NCBI GenBank assembly: GCA_963808235.1 | Contig: CAWEEQ010000004.1 | Coordinates: forward strand, 3,712,001 to 3,776,000 | DNA: 64,000 bases | Reading direction: 5' to 3' | Origin: an uncultured delta proteobacterium | Lineage (GTDB): Bacteria > Desulfobacterota > Binatia > Binatales > Binataceae | Shown here: piece after piece, positions 1 to 11,021 of the stretch | Position numbering within the stretch: the stretch's first letter is position 1 | Layout: each line of letters starts with the position of its first letter | Position numbers and translations under genes: made by a program | The notes under the pieces: model-generated | Seen by the model: the letters and a program-made list of their open reading frames with translations, nothing else | Database searches by the model: none | Told to the model about the DNA's origin: nothing

Positions 1-1610
1 CGATCCAGGAATTCCGCGACATGATGCTTTACGGGCGCGGGCTCTCGCAGGGTGGCTCGGCCGGAGTCAGCTCCACCAGCGGCACCGGCGGACTCGCGCA
101 ATATGCGGAGCTGCCTTACGAAGACGACTATCCGCTCGAAGCGCGCAAGCCGCGCAGCCGCGCCGGCCGCGCGATCGGGCTCGCGATTTTTCTATGCGTG
201 CTCGGCGGCGGTGCTTTCGGCGCGACCTATATTTATTCGAACCCCGAGCTTCAGCTTCGGCTCGGGATCAAGCCGCTAATCGACGGGCTTCCGTGGCGTC
301 ATGAGGAGTTGCTTGCGAAGGCGCGCGAAAATCCGCTCGAGTTTCAGCAGATGACGCTCGCGCTCTCGACTCGTGAAGGCACCGCGCTCGGGCCGCCGCA
401 GGCGGTCTTCAACGACACCGACTTGACCAACGCGCGCTATCTGAAATGGACGGCGAGCTTCAAGAACCTGCTCGCGGGGCTGGACGGCCGCGACGAAAAA
501 GTCGAGGCGCGATTTTACGATCCGAACGGGCTTCAGATTGCGTCCAGCGACGCGAATCTCTTTATCGGTCCAGCGCAGTCGACCGCTGACTTCACCGGCG
601 TCGCGCTGATGCCGACGATGACTGACAAGCCGGCCGGCAGCTACAAGGTGGCGCTCTATTCCGATGACAAGATGCTCGCGCAGGAAGGATTCAAGGTTAA
701 TCAGGATGTAAACGCGCGGGCCTCCGCGGCTGCGGCCGAGGCGGCGACCGTTGCGGCGGCAAAGGCCGAGGAAAAGAGGCGCGAAGACGAGGCGCGCCGC
801 CTTGCAATGATCGATGAGCGGCGCGCGAAGCCGCTCGCCCTTCGGAGCATCGACTTCCTCAATACGACCAAGACCGGCGCCGCGATTTCCGGAGTGACCA
901 ACTCCTTTGACGTGGCCAAAGTGTTGTTCGTCGGCTGGCAGGTCAAGTTCGACAACCGGCTCTATAAGCTCGAGCCCAATCAATATCGGGTCGACGCGGT
1001 GTATATCGGCCCCGACGGGCGAACGCTCGGGAGCGTCAACGACTTCCAGGCGGTCTCCGCCAGCACGCGGGCGGTGACCTTCAGCGGACGCGTCGGCAAC
1101 TCGCGCGGCGGCGCCTTCCTGCCGGGAACCTACACGGTCAATTTTCTTTTGAACGGGCAATCGTTCGCGGAGAAGCAATTTCGCGTGGTCGCCGATGCCG
1201 GCGGACCGTACGCGACCTACCCCGGCTCGAGCGGCGCTATCGGCACCTCGATGGGCCGCAGCGGAGGCGGTGGCGGTAGCGTGGCGTCCTCGGGCGGCGG
1301 AAGCATGCTGGGGCCGACAATCGCAACCGGCACGATCAGCGGTCTTCGTAGCGGGGGCACTCCTGAGATGGAGCTTAGACTCCGTCCGCAGCCCAACGGG
1401 TTCCTGCATGGCGAGCTCGATATCCACCTCTCGGGGTTTGGCTCTACGCCGATCGAAGGATACGTCCGCGGCGACCATCTTCAGTTCCAGGTCCCGTACG
1501 GCACCGAGACTTTTTACTTCGAGGGACAGCGCCGGCTCGATCAAATCAGTGGCACCTTCGAGTCGACACCGTCGGGTGAGCGCGGCACCTGGACCGCGCA
1601 AGCGAACTGA
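1..1610 (+). CDS. Membrane-anchored protein, 5'-truncated by the window edge; probably the C-terminal part of a Ser/Thr protein kinase with extracytoplasmic beta-sandwich domains
   Basis: The frame is open from nt 3 (IQEFRDMMLY, resembling the last helix of a Hanks kinase domain). It is followed by a G/S linker, a TM helix (AIGLAIFLCVLGGGAFGATYIY), two similar beta-rich domains separated by an Ala/Glu coiled coil, and there is an FHA gene downstream. Confidence 0.55.
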   Translation, partial: IQEFRDMMLYGRGLSQGGSAGVSSTSGTGGLAQYAELPYEDDYPLEARKPRSRAGRAIGLAIFLCVLGGGAFGATYIYSNPELQLRLGIKPLIDGLPWRHEELLAKARENPLEFQQMTLALSTREGTALGPPQAVFNDTDLTNARYLKWTASFKNLLAGLDGRDEKVEARFYDPNGLQIASSDANLFIGPAQSTADFTGVALMPTMTDKPAGSYKVALYSDDKMLAQEGFKVNQDVNARASAAAAEAATVAAAKAEEKRREDEARRLAMIDERRAKPLALRSIDFLNTTKTGAAISGVTNSFDVAKVLFVGWQVKFDNRLYKLEPNQYRVDAVYIGPDGRTLGSVNDFQAVSASTRAVTFSGRVGNSRGGAFLPGTYTVNFLLNGQSFAEKQFRVVADAGGPYATYPGSSGAIGTSMGRSGGGGGSVASSGGGSMLGPTIATGTISGLRSGGTPEMELRLRPQPNGFLHGELDIHLSGFGSTPIEGYVRGDHLQFQVPYGTETFYFEGQRRLDQISGTFESTPSGERGTWTAQAN

Positions 1611-1637
1611 GCCGGTGGCATCGCGAGTATAAGTAAT

Positions 1638-2033
1638 TTGGACTTGCTCGAAGAGGCGGGAATTCCGCCACCGCGTTCACCGATCATAACCGACGAGGAT
1701 CGCGCCGCGCTTGCGAGCATCGCGCTCGCGCAGCGGCAGTTCTACTACGTCTTCACATTTTTCGTGGGGCTGGTTGCCGGCGCGGCGATCGCCTACGCAA
1801 TCGGTTATGACGACATGGTTCGTAGCATCTTCCGATGGGCGATTTCGGGCACTGGCCTGGCATTGATCGTGAGCGTGCTCAACTTATCGAGATTGTTTTC
1901 CTTCAAGTGCCCGCGCTGCGATCAGCCGTTTTTTCTGGGCGTCGGAGATCCTGGAAAAATTTTCTCGAAGCAGTGCGGCACCTGCGGCCTGCCGCTCAAC
2001 CTACCGCCTGAACCGTCGTTCGACACCGACTGA
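1638..2033 (+). CDS. Small membrane protein with C-terminal zinc ribbon
   Basis: Two TM helices, then CPRC...CGTC. Confidence 0.65.
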   Translation: MDLLEEAGIPPPRSPIITDEDRAALASIALAQRQFYYVFTFFVGLVAGAAIAYAIGYDDMVRSIFRWAISGTGLALIVSVLNLSRLFSFKCPRCDQPFFLGVGDPGKIFSKQCGTCGLPLNLPPEPSFDTD

Positions 2034-2107
2034 CAAGCCACAGAGGGTCACTTCCGATATGCGCTTGAACACGCTTCATGCACCGGTAATGCTGATTGGG
2101 AAGCATC

Positions 2108-2977
2108 ATGGCTAGCAACGTCTCACAGGAAAAGCTTCTGTTTTATGCCGCAGCCGGCGCACTGGGCGGTTTCGCGGCGTGGGGCCTGGCCGAGCCGATC
2201 CTCGGAATCCGATCGGTCTATGGACGCGACATTTTATTCGGCGCACTGATCGGCGCGCTGATCAGCGCATTTCTCGCGTCGATCGAAACGCTGAGCGTCG
2301 GGCAGTGGCGGCAAGCGGCGCGTCGATTCCTGATGGGAGGAATAATCGGCGCTGTGGGCGGAGCCCTGGGCCTGATTATCGGCGAGTTTGCGTTCGACAT
2401 ACTGGGCGGGCTCACCGGGCGAATCCTCGGCTGGGGCGTGCTCGGAACCGCGGTCGGACTCGGCGTCGGATCGGCGTCGGGATCGGCAGCGCGCAGGCGC
2501 AATGGCGCTATCGGCGGGATGCTTGGCGGGGCGATCGGCGGATTTTTTTACCAGGGTCTCACCACTACATTTCCGCAGGCGTTCGGACGCGCGATCGCAA
2601 TTATCATTCTTGGCGCGCTGATCGGATTCTTTATCGGATTGGTCTCGGAGCTGCTCAAGCGCGGATGGCTGATGGTGGTGCGCAGTCAGAGCCGCAACGC
2701 GCGCGAAGGCCGCGAATATCCGCTGACCAAGGGCGTGACGATTATCGGCCGCGCCGAGGAAAGCGATATTGGATTGTTCGGCGATCAGACCGTGCTCGGC
2801 AGTCACGCGATCATCAGGCGCGAGGGCAAGAATTTCGTGATCAGTCCCACTGGTGGCCAGATTTTTGTCAATCGACAACCGGTGGCGGGCCGCTATGCGC
2901 TCAAGAGCGGTGACCGGCTCGAAGTCGGCGGCACGCTGTTTCTCTTCCGCGAGCGCGCCCAAGTCGCACAGCGATAA
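2108..2977 (+). CDS. Multi-TM protein with C-terminal FHA domain
   Basis: Gly-rich TM helices, then the FHA motifs IIGR..SDI, HAII, FVN and LKSGDRLEVG. Confidence 0.85.
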   Translation: MASNVSQEKLLFYAAAGALGGFAAWGLAEPILGIRSVYGRDILFGALIGALISAFLASIETLSVGQWRQAARRFLMGGIIGAVGGALGLIIGEFAFDILGGLTGRILGWGVLGTAVGLGVGSASGSAARRRNGAIGGMLGGAIGGFFYQGLTTTFPQAFGRAIAIIILGALIGFFIGLVSELLKRGWLMVVRSQSRNAREGREYPLTKGVTIIGRAEESDIGLFGDQTVLGSHAIIRREGKNFVISPTGGQIFVNRQPVAGRYALKSGDRLEVGGTLFLFRERAQVAQR

Positions 2978-2988
2978 AGAGGGGGATC

Positions 2989-3765
2989 GTGCGGCGATCG
3001 ATCACCAGTCAGGCCGTGCTACTGGTGGCCGTTGGCTTGATCCTCGCCTCGATGCCCTCAGGATGCGCGACAATTGGGCTCGGCAGCGCGCCGGCGCTGC
3101 CGGCGACCTCGATGCAGACGCTCGAGTACTACCCGTTCCAGGTCAAAGGCTACCAGAACAGTTATCCGCATCGATCGATCCTGATCCTGATGCCGGCCGA
3201 TACGCGCGATATGGCTGATACCGGCACCAGCGATACCGCGCCGCTCAATGGCAATCCGGAAGTTGGAGTTATGCTCGACAAGGACGGGGCGGTCGCGCAG
3301 CGCCTGTATGCCAATCCGCTTGGGGCGACCTTGCGCAACGCGATCGCGCGCTCCGCCGATGAGGCCGGATTGACCGCATCCACGTCGGATGACATCGCGT
3401 ACAAACCCGGCGTGAAGAACGCGAGCGAGTATGTGCTCGAGGCCAGGATCACGCGATGCTGGGTGAAAAAGAGCCGCGAGGCCGACGGCCGCTACGGTCC
3501 GGTTTTCCGCGCCGTCGCGGATGTTCGAATCGAGGTCTCGATCTACAAGCCGCCATTCAGCGTTCCATTCTGGACGGGAACTACCGCCGACACCTACTAC
3601 GACCCGCCGGTCGGCAGTTTCGGCCTCGGGCCCGACGACGAGGCGGGCATCTACGACGAGCCAGGACAGGTGCTGTCGGTCGCGATAACGCGCAGCGTCG
3701 CGCAAATCTTCGAGCGCCCGGACTTGCGCAACCTGATGCTCGAAGACGATATCAAGACGCGCTGA
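2989..3765 (+). CDS. Putative lipoprotein or exported protein
   Basis: GTG start after GAGGGGG; hydrophobic N-terminus ending in PSGC. Confidence 0.7.
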   Translation: MRRSITSQAVLLVAVGLILASMPSGCATIGLGSAPALPATSMQTLEYYPFQVKGYQNSYPHRSILILMPADTRDMADTGTSDTAPLNGNPEVGVMLDKDGAVAQRLYANPLGATLRNAIARSADEAGLTASTSDDIAYKPGVKNASEYVLEARITRCWVKKSREADGRYGPVFRAVADVRIEVSIYKPPFSVPFWTGTTADTYYDPPVGSFGLGPDDEAGIYDEPGQVLSVAITRSVAQIFERPDLRNLMLEDDIKTR

Positions 3766-3883
3766 GTTGACCGCCTCGGCCCTCGCTCTTTGAAGAGCAA
3801 CGTGGTTGGAATAGCCTTGAGTTTCGCGCCGGAAATTTGAAACGCCGCGCGCCGCCGCTCACTGGAAAAGGAATCAACGCTCG

Positions 3884-4792
3884 ATGGAAATCGGATTCGT
3901 CGGACTCGGCAAAATGGGCATGAATATGGTCGAGCGCCTGCGCCGCGACAATCACAAAATTGTCGCGTTCGATCTCGACCCGGCGAAACTCGAAGAAGTC
4001 TCTACCTTTGGCGCCGACGGCGTCGATTCGCTCAAGGAAATGGTCGCCAGGCTGAAAGCTCCGCGCGGGGTGTGGGTGATGGTCCCGGCCGGCGAGCCGA
4101 CTGAGACCACCATCAACCAGCTAGCCGAATTGCTCCAGCCCGGCGATACCATCATCGACGGCGGCAACACCAACTTCCACGATGACATCCGCAGGGCCTC
4201 GGAACTCGCGAAGAAAAAACTGCATCTTGTCGACGCGGGCACCAGCGGCGGCATCTGGGGCCTCAAGGTTGGCTATTGCTTGATGATCGGTGGCGACCAG
4301 GAAATTTTTCGCCGCTACGAACCAATCTTCAAGACCCTCGCCCCGCCTGATGGCTACGACTACATGGGCGGCGCGGGCGCCGGGCATTACGTGAAGATGA
4401 TTCACAACGGGATCGAGTACGGGCTGATGCAGGCGTATGCGGAAGGCTTCGAGGCCATGCACAAATCCGAGTACGGGCTCGATCTGGAGAAGATCGCGAA
4501 CCTTTGGGGTCAGGGCAGCGTGGTGCGATCATGGCTGCTGGAGCTGACCGCCGACGCGCTCCGGCGGGATCCGGGACTCAAACACATCAAGGGGTTCGTG
4601 GTGGATTCCGGCGAAGGGCGCTGGACGGTGCAGGACGCGATCGACAATGGCGTCTCGATGCCGATCATCACGATGTCGCTGTTCGCGCGGTTCCGATCCC
4701 GCGCCGACAAGGGCGCTGAGGGCACCTTCGCCGAGAAGTTACTTGCCGCGCTGCGCGGCGAATTCGGCGGCCACGCCGTCGTCAAAGAATAA
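3884..4792 (+). CDS. gnd: 6-phosphogluconate dehydrogenase (decarboxylating, short form)
   Basis: GLGKMG, IIDGGN, DAGTSGG, HYVKMIHNGIEYG, DSGEGRWT, LRGEFGGH. Confidence 0.96.
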   Translation: MEIGFVGLGKMGMNMVERLRRDNHKIVAFDLDPAKLEEVSTFGADGVDSLKEMVARLKAPRGVWVMVPAGEPTETTINQLAELLQPGDTIIDGGNTNFHDDIRRASELAKKKLHLVDAGTSGGIWGLKVGYCLMIGGDQEIFRRYEPIFKTLAPPDGYDYMGGAGAGHYVKMIHNGIEYGLMQAYAEGFEAMHKSEYGLDLEKIANLWGQGSVVRSWLLELTADALRRDPGLKHIKGFVVDSGEGRWTVQDAIDNGVSMPIITMSLFARFRSRADKGAEGTFAEKLLAALRGEFGGHAVVKE

Positions 4793-4812
4793 GTTTTTAA
4801 GGGGCTTGCATC

Positions 4813-6354
4813 ATGGCCGCGACCGCAAACAGGACTGCCGATTTCAGCCATCTGACCCATCCGATCAAGGAACGCCAGCGTTACGATCCATGCATTGTCG
4901 TGATTTTCGGCGGCGCCGGCGATTTGAGCCATCGCAAGCTGATCCCGGCGCTCTACAATCTTTCCCTAGACGGCGAATTGCCCGAGAAGTTCGCGATCCT
5001 CGGATTTTCGATGGAGGATCTCGACGACGAAAAGTACCGCGCGTTTGCGCGCAGCGGAATCGAGCAGTTTTCGCGCCGCCCGATCAAGGAAGATCATTGG
5101 GCAAAGTTCGCTCCGCTGCTCCATTTCAACCGCGGCTCATTCACAGAACCTGCCGACTACGACAATCTGCGCAAAAGGCTCGAGGGACTCGACGTCGAGT
5201 GCGGCACCGCGGGGAATCGCGTGTTCTATTTCGCCATCCCGCCCGCTTTTATCGACACCTGCTCGGAGGGGATGACCAAGGCTGCGCTGATCCATCCGCA
5301 CCAGAAGGGGCTTCCGTTTACCCGGGTAGTGGTCGAAAAACCAATCGGCTCCGACCTCGCGAGCGCATCGGAGATCAACGGCCAGCTCGCGCGGCATTTC
5401 GACGAAGGGCAAATTTTCCGAATCGATCACTACCTCGGCAAGGAAACCGTCGAGAACCTGATGGTGCTCCGCTTTGCCAACGCCATCTTCGAACCAATCT
5501 GGACCGCGCGCTTCGTCGACCATGTGCAGATTACGGTCGCCGAGGCCGAGGGCGTCGGCACCCGCGCGTCGTACTACGATCACGCGGGCGCGTTGCGCGA
5601 CATGGTCCAGAGCCATCTCCTGCAAACGCTGTGCATGATCGCGACCGAGCCTCCCAACACGACCGGAGCGGAGTCAGTGCGCGATGCGAAGCTCGACGTG
5701 CTCCGCGCGCTGCGTCCGCTCGGCGACGACGATATCGAAAAGTGGGTAGTCCGCGGCCAGTACGGCGAGGGTCTGATTGGCGGCGTGCCGGCCAAGGCGT
5801 ATCGCGACGAGGAACATATCGCGCCCGATTCTAAGATCGAAACTTTCGTCGCGCTCCGATGCTGGATCGACAATTGGCGATGGGCCGGCGTGCCGTTTTA
5901 CCTGCGCACCGGAAAGCGGCTCCCCAAGCGCGCTAGCGAGATTGCGATCTACTTCAACAACGTGCCGCGAATCCTGTACAACGCAAATCCGAGGGCGCCG
6001 CTCGCGCCCAATATGCTGACGATCAGAATTCAACCCGACGAAGGTCTCGACCTGCACATCATGTCGAAGGTTCCCGGCTCGCAGACCCGTCTCCAGCAAG
6101 TCAAAGTGGATTTTCACTACGTGACCTCGACTCCGGAGGCCTACGAGACGCTGCTCAACGACGTGATAATTGGCGACCAGACGCTTTTCATGCGCCGCGA
6201 CACGGTCGAAGAAGCATGGCGGTTTGTGCAGCCAATTCTCGACGCGTGGGATCAATCGCCGATGGACGCGCCCCTGTACGCGGCGGGATCGTGGGGCCCA
6301 CTGGAGGCAGCGCTGATGATCGCGGCCGATGGACGCACCTGGCGAACGCTATAG
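4813..6354 (+). CDS. zwf: Glucose-6-phosphate 1-dehydrogenase
   Basis: GGAGDLSHRKL, EKPIG, RIDHYLGKE, GVPFYLRTGKRL, YAAGSWGP. Confidence 0.97.
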   Translation: MAATANRTADFSHLTHPIKERQRYDPCIVVIFGGAGDLSHRKLIPALYNLSLDGELPEKFAILGFSMEDLDDEKYRAFARSGIEQFSRRPIKEDHWAKFAPLLHFNRGSFTEPADYDNLRKRLEGLDVECGTAGNRVFYFAIPPAFIDTCSEGMTKAALIHPHQKGLPFTRVVVEKPIGSDLASASEINGQLARHFDEGQIFRIDHYLGKETVENLMVLRFANAIFEPIWTARFVDHVQITVAEAEGVGTRASYYDHAGALRDMVQSHLLQTLCMIATEPPNTTGAESVRDAKLDVLRALRPLGDDDIEKWVVRGQYGEGLIGGVPAKAYRDEEHIAPDSKIETFVALRCWIDNWRWAGVPFYLRTGKRLPKRASEIAIYFNNVPRILYNANPRAPLAPNMLTIRIQPDEGLDLHIMSKVPGSQTRLQQVKVDFHYVTSTPEAYETLLNDVIIGDQTLFMRRDTVEEAWRFVQPILDAWDQSPMDAPLYAAGSWGPLEAALMIAADGRTWRTL

Positions 6355-6417
6355 TAAATGACTATTACCAGCGAACTGGTAGAATGACTATTGCGATGGG
6401 TGGAGGCGAATAGCCAG

Positions 6418-7420
6418 ATGAGCGGGAAACGAATTACTCTTACCCGTCATATCATGACCAAAAAAGCGACCGCGGTTCCGGTCGCCGACCTGGCCCTGAT
6501 CATGGAGCGCATCGAGCTTATCGGCAAGCGCATAGCGCGCGAGCTGACCGCGGCCTCGCTCGGCGGCGAGCTTGGTTATACCGGCGCGACCAACGTGCAG
6601 GGGGAACAGGTCAAAAAGCTCGACCAGTGGGGCAACGACGTTTTTCTCGAGGCATTCGAGCATGGCTACCCGGTATGCAGTCTCATTTCGGAGGAAATGG
6701 ACGAGCCGCATCATTACTCATCGAACTGCCGTGACAATAGCTACTGCATACTCTATGACCCTATCGACGGGTCGTCGAACACCGATGTAAACGGATCGCT
6801 CGGTACCATCTTCGCCGTGAAGAAGCGCGCGAAGAGCCACGGCGCCGGCATCGAAGATCTCCTCGGGCCGGGAAGTGCGCAGGTCGTCGCGGGATACATA
6901 CTTTATGGGCCGAGCACGCAGCTCATTTATACTGCCGGCGACGGTGTCGACATCTTCACGCTCGACCGCAGCCTCGGCGAGTTCATTTTGTGGAAGGAAA
7001 ACGTAAAGATGCCGCCGCATGGCGGCTACTACGCGGTGAACCAGGGCAACGTGGGAAAGTGGCACGACGGCGCGCGCAAATTCCTCGCGCATATCACCAG
7101 CCGCAAGGACAAGCGCACCAGCTACTCGCTGCGCTACTGCGGCGCGTTCGCCGCCGATTTCCATCGATGCCTGCTCGAAGGCGGAATCTACTTGTACCCC
7201 GGTGAAGTCTCGGAGGGCGGCAAGGCCAAGGGCAAGCTTCGCCTCCTCTATGAACTCGCGCCGCTCTCGATGCTGGCGGAGCAGGCGGGCGGGCGCGGCT
7301 CGACCGGCAACGGGCGGATTCTCGATATTAGCTGCAACCGCGATTCACGAGCGGCATCCGATCTACATCGGCAGCGTCGAAGAAGTCGCGCTGGCCGAGC
7401 AATTCAAAGTCGAAGGTTGA
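6418..7420 (+). CDS. fbp: Fructose-1,6-bisphosphatase class 1 (one apparent frameshift near 7330)
   Basis: NVQGEQVKKLD, SEE, DPIDGSSN, GKLRLLYE. The C-terminus IHERHPIYIGS...KVEG* continues in the next frame. The 580-aa track ORF is an artefactual fbp-glk fusion. Confidence 0.92.
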
Positions 7421-7437
7421 CGCGGCGCAGATCGGGA

Positions 7438-8432
7438 ATGGCGAGGTCGGACAATCTGATCCTGGCCGGCGACGTCGGTGGCACCAAAACCAATCTGGGA
7501 CTTTTCCGGCGCTCGGGCGGAGAGGTCGAAGTCGTTCGCGAGCATCTCTACGCGACTGCTGACTTCGCCAGCCTCGAGTCCGCATGTGCGGATTTCCTCG
7601 GCGACGCGGCGAGCGTCGATGCGGCCTGCGTCGGCGTGCCCGGTCCCGTAATCGACGGCCGCGCCCATGCCACCAACGTTGCGTGGCAACTATCCACCGC
7701 CGCGCTGTCGCGCGCACTGAACGGCGTCCCCGTCCGCCTTATCAATGATCTCGCCGCGACGGCTTACGGCGTGATTCATCTGAAATCAGCGGAGCTCGCG
7801 GTGCTGCATCGCGCCGAGAATCCACCCGAGCACGGTAACATCGCGGTGATCGCGGCGGGCACCGGACTCGGCGAGTCGGCGCTGGTGTGGGAGGCGGATC
7901 GATACTACGCGGTCGCATCTGAGGGCGGGCACGCCGATTTTGCGCCGCATGGCGAGGAGCAAATCGAGCTGTTGCGTTTTCTCGAAGCTGAATTCGGCCA
8001 CGTCAGCTACGAGCGCGTTCTCTCCGGCCCCGGCCTGTCGAACATTTACCGATTCCTGCGCGCGCGCAGCCACATCGACGAACCGGCGTGGCTGACCGCG
8101 CAGATTGCGGCCGGCGACCTGCCGCTGCGATAAGCGAGGCGGCGCTTGCCGCGCGCGATTCCGTTTGCGTTCACGCCATGGCTATGTTTTGCGATATTTA
8201 TGGTTCCGAGGCGGCGAACCTCGCGCTCAAGGTGCTCGCGCTTGGCGGAGTTTTCCTGGGCGGAGGAATCGCGCCGAAAATTTTGCCGATGCTGATGCAG
8301 GGCCGATTCATGCGGGGATTTTTGTCCAAGGGCAGGCTGAACGAAATCTTGAGCCGGATCGAAGTGCGCGTCTCGCTCAATCCGGCCGCCGCTCTCCTCG
8401 GCGCGGCCCACTGCGCGGCGGCGATGCTGTGA
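7438..8432 (+). CDS. glk: Glucokinase (one apparent frameshift near 8119)
   Basis: LAGDVGGTKT, GVPGPV, LINDL, AAGTGLG, SEGGH, ERVLSGPGL. The C-terminus GGVFLGGGIAPKI...GAA is in the shifted frame. Confidence 0.92.
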
Positions 8433-8473
8433 TATAGGAATCAATCGACACTACCGACGGGGATAGAGGGAAT

Positions 8474-9388
8474 ATGACCAAACGAGTTCGTGAAATTCTG
8501 AGCTACTACGATTCCGAAAATGCCGGCGTGCGCACCAATCTCGCCCGCATGCTCAACCACGGCAAGCTCGGGGGCACCGGCAAGTTCGTGATCCTGCCCG
8601 TCGATCAGGGCTTCGAGCACGGTCCGGCGCGGAGCTTCGCGGTAAATCCGCCCGCTTACGATCCGCGCTACCATTTCCAACTCGCGATCGACGCCGGATG
8701 CAACGCATACGCCGCTCCACTCGGATTCCTCGAGGCCGGCGCCGCCGAATACGCCGGCGATATTCCGCTCATCCTGAAGCTCAACAACCATGATGTGCTG
8801 AACGATGAAAAAGATCCCGCGCCAGCCGTTACCGGCAGCGTTCACGACGCTCTCCGGCTCGGATGCGCCGCGGTCGGCCTCACAATCTACCCGGGCTCGA
8901 CGCAAGAGAAATCGATGTACCAGGAGGCGCGCGAAATCGGCGCGGAGGCAAAGGCGCACGGCCTTCCGATGATCATCTGGTCGTATCCGCGCGGCTCCGG
9001 CGTCAGCAAGCAGGGCGAGACCGCGCTCGACGTGGTTGCCTACGCGGCGCAGATCGCGGCGCAGCTCGGCGCCAATATCATCAAGGTCAAACCGCCCACC
9101 GCATTCATCGAACTGGCAGAAGCCAAGAAGGCCTATGACGCCAACAAGATCCCGCTCGAGCCGCTCTCCGAGCGCGTCAAGCACGTGATTCAGTCGGCGT
9201 TCGACGGCCGCCGCATCGTGATTTTTTCTGGCGGAGTCAAAGAGACCGACGAATCGCTGTTGAACACCGTCCGCGGAATTCAAGCCGGCGGCGGTTACGG
9301 CTCGATCATCGGGCGCAACTGCTTCCAGCGTCCAAAGCCCGAGGCGATCGCCCTGCTCGGCAAGGTCATAGACATTTACCGCGGTTGA
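8474..9388 (+). CDS. fbaB: Class I (DhnA-type) fructose-bisphosphate aldolase
   Basis: ILPVDQGFEHGP, YPGS, WSYPRG, GANIIKVK, GSIIGRN. Confidence 0.93.
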   Translation: MTKRVREILSYYDSENAGVRTNLARMLNHGKLGGTGKFVILPVDQGFEHGPARSFAVNPPAYDPRYHFQLAIDAGCNAYAAPLGFLEAGAAEYAGDIPLILKLNNHDVLNDEKDPAPAVTGSVHDALRLGCAAVGLTIYPGSTQEKSMYQEAREIGAEAKAHGLPMIIWSYPRGSGVSKQGETALDVVAYAAQIAAQLGANIIKVKPPTAFIELAEAKKAYDANKIPLEPLSERVKHVIQSAFDGRRIVIFSGGVKETDESLLNTVRGIQAGGGYGSIIGRNCFQRPKPEAIALLGKVIDIYRG

Positions 9389-9399
9389 TCGGGATGTAA

Positions 9400-10209
9400 A
9401 TGAAGTACAGCGAGTACCAGCATCTCCTGTTCGAGCGGAAGGACGATGGGATCCTCTTCATCACTATCAACCGTCCCGAAGTTCTCAACGCGACCAATGC
9501 CCGCCTGCACTGGGAGTTGAGCCGCGTCTGGCTCGACATCGCCGAGGACGACGAAACCAACGTCGTGGTGGTGACCGGCGCCGGGCGCGCGTTCTCGGCC
9601 GGCGGCGATCTCGAGATGATAGCTCTGATGGCCGCAAGCCCCGACAATATCGGCAAGGCGATGAAGGAAGCCGGCGATATCGTCTACAACATGATCAACC
9701 TCGAAAAGCCGATAATTTCCGCGATCAATGGGGTCGCCGTCGGCGCCGGTCTGGCGGTCGCTTTCATGGCGGACATCAGTATCGCGTCGGAGTCGATGCG
9801 CATCACGGACGGACACCTCCGGCTCGGGGTCGCGGCGGGAGACCATGCGGTGATTATCTGGCCGCTGCTGTGCGGGATGGCCAAGGCCAAGTACTACCTT
9901 ATGACCGCGGATTTCATAGACGGCAAAGAGGCTGAGCGAATCGGACTGGTAAGCCTCTGCGTGCCGGCCGACAAGCTAATCGACAAGGCGATGGAAGTGG
10001 CGCGGAAACTCGCGCGCGGGCCGCAGCAGGCGGTGCGTTTCACCAAGCGATCGCTCAACAACTGGCTGCGCGTCGCAGGCCCGGCGTTCGACGCGTCGCT
10101 GGCGCTGGAAATGATCAATTTCTTCAGCGCAGACCTGGCCGAGGGTGTCGCCGCGCTGCAAGAAAAACGCCAGCCAAGCTTCCCGGGCTTCCGCAAAGCA
10201 AAGAGCTGA
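9400..10209 (+). CDS. Enoyl-CoA hydratase/isomerase family protein
   Basis: [34 protein letters not shown]. Confidence 0.92.
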   Translation: MKYSEYQHLLFERKDDGILFITINRPEVLNATNARLHWELSRVWLDIAEDDETNVVVVTGAGRAFSAGGDLEMIALMAASPDNIGKAMKEAGDIVYNMINLEKPIISAINGVAVGAGLAVAFMADISIASESMRITDGHLRLGVAAGDHAVIIWPLLCGMAKAKYYLMTADFIDGKEAERIGLVSLCVPADKLIDKAMEVARKLARGPQQAVRFTKRSLNNWLRVAGPAFDASLALEMINFFSADLAEGVAALQEKRQPSFPGFRKAKS

Positions 10210-10295
10210 GCAGCTGGTCATCGCTGTTTTGATTAGCTGCTGGTTTTGAATATACTACCCGTCGCTTGGAAACGGACTAACCTCGAGGGGAAAAA

Positions 10296-10646
10296 ATGTT
10301 GATCAAGAAAATTGCGGTTGCGGCAGCTTCGGCGATGCTGGTGGGGACAATGGTATTCGCTGCAGGTGCGCGTCCAGCGTTCGCGTCGACCAAGGTCGAT
10401 TGCGACGCTGTCATGAACGAAGTGAACAGCGGCAAGCATGCCAAGGATGTCGCAAAGGATCTGTCGATCTCTACTTCGAGCGTCTACAGGTGCAAGCGGC
10501 AGGCAAAGGCTGCGGCCAAGGCGGGTACCAAGTCGTCGATGCAGGCAAAATCCGGAAAAGATGTATTGGTGCCCTCGGCGGCCGGCTCGGCTTCTCTGCC
10601 GCCGTCTCCGGCGGCCGCTGCTTCTCCGGCTGCCAAGACCAAGTAA
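10296..10646 (+). CDS. Small exported protein with Cys-flanked HTH-like segment
   Basis: RBS GAGGGG; signal peptide ending AFA; C...AKDVAKDLSISTSSVYRC; Ala/Pro/Lys tail. Confidence 0.75.
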   Translation: MLIKKIAVAAASAMLVGTMVFAAGARPAFASTKVDCDAVMNEVNSGKHAKDVAKDLSISTSSVYRCKRQAKAAAKAGTKSSMQAKSGKDVLVPSAAGSASLPPSPAAAASPAAKTK

Positions 10647-10715
10647 GGATTTCCAATCCCAACGGCACATCGCGAGCCACCACGGCTCGCGATGTGTCTG
10701 TTGACGGCGTACTCG

Positions 10716-11021
10716 ATGCCCAAGTGCGAACTATGCGAGTTGCGTGACTACACGCAGCGCTATGCCAATTTTGTTCATCCGTTCCGGTTCACGATCCTCG
10801 ATTGCGATTCCTGCGACACGCCGATGGCGGTGCTCGGAGATCATCGCGTCAATCCCACCGACGAAGAGCGCGCGTTCATGGTCGAGGCCCTCTCGATGGT
10901 TGCACGGGCGAAATTCGGCAGGGACAAGTCCGGTGCGGACAAGTTCGTGATCGACGGCGTGATGCGCCAGATTCCCGATCACTGCCATATCCACGCCCGC
11001 AAGGTCTGGAAGTACGAATAA
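10716..11021 (+). CDS. Small HIT-like zinc-binding protein
   Basis: CELC, CDSC and a C-terminal HCHIH triad. Confidence 0.7.
   Translation: MPKCELCELRDYTQRYANFVHPFRFTILDCDSCDTPMAVLGDHRVNPTDEERAFMVEALSMVARAKFGRDKSGADKFVIDGVMRQIPDHCHIHARKVWKYE

Noticed and set aside
6391-8133. Novel FBPase-glucokinase fusion protein (580-aa track ORF)
   Set aside because: It is produced by a frameshift near 7330. The real FBPase C-terminus and stop are in the adjacent frame, and glk has its own start.
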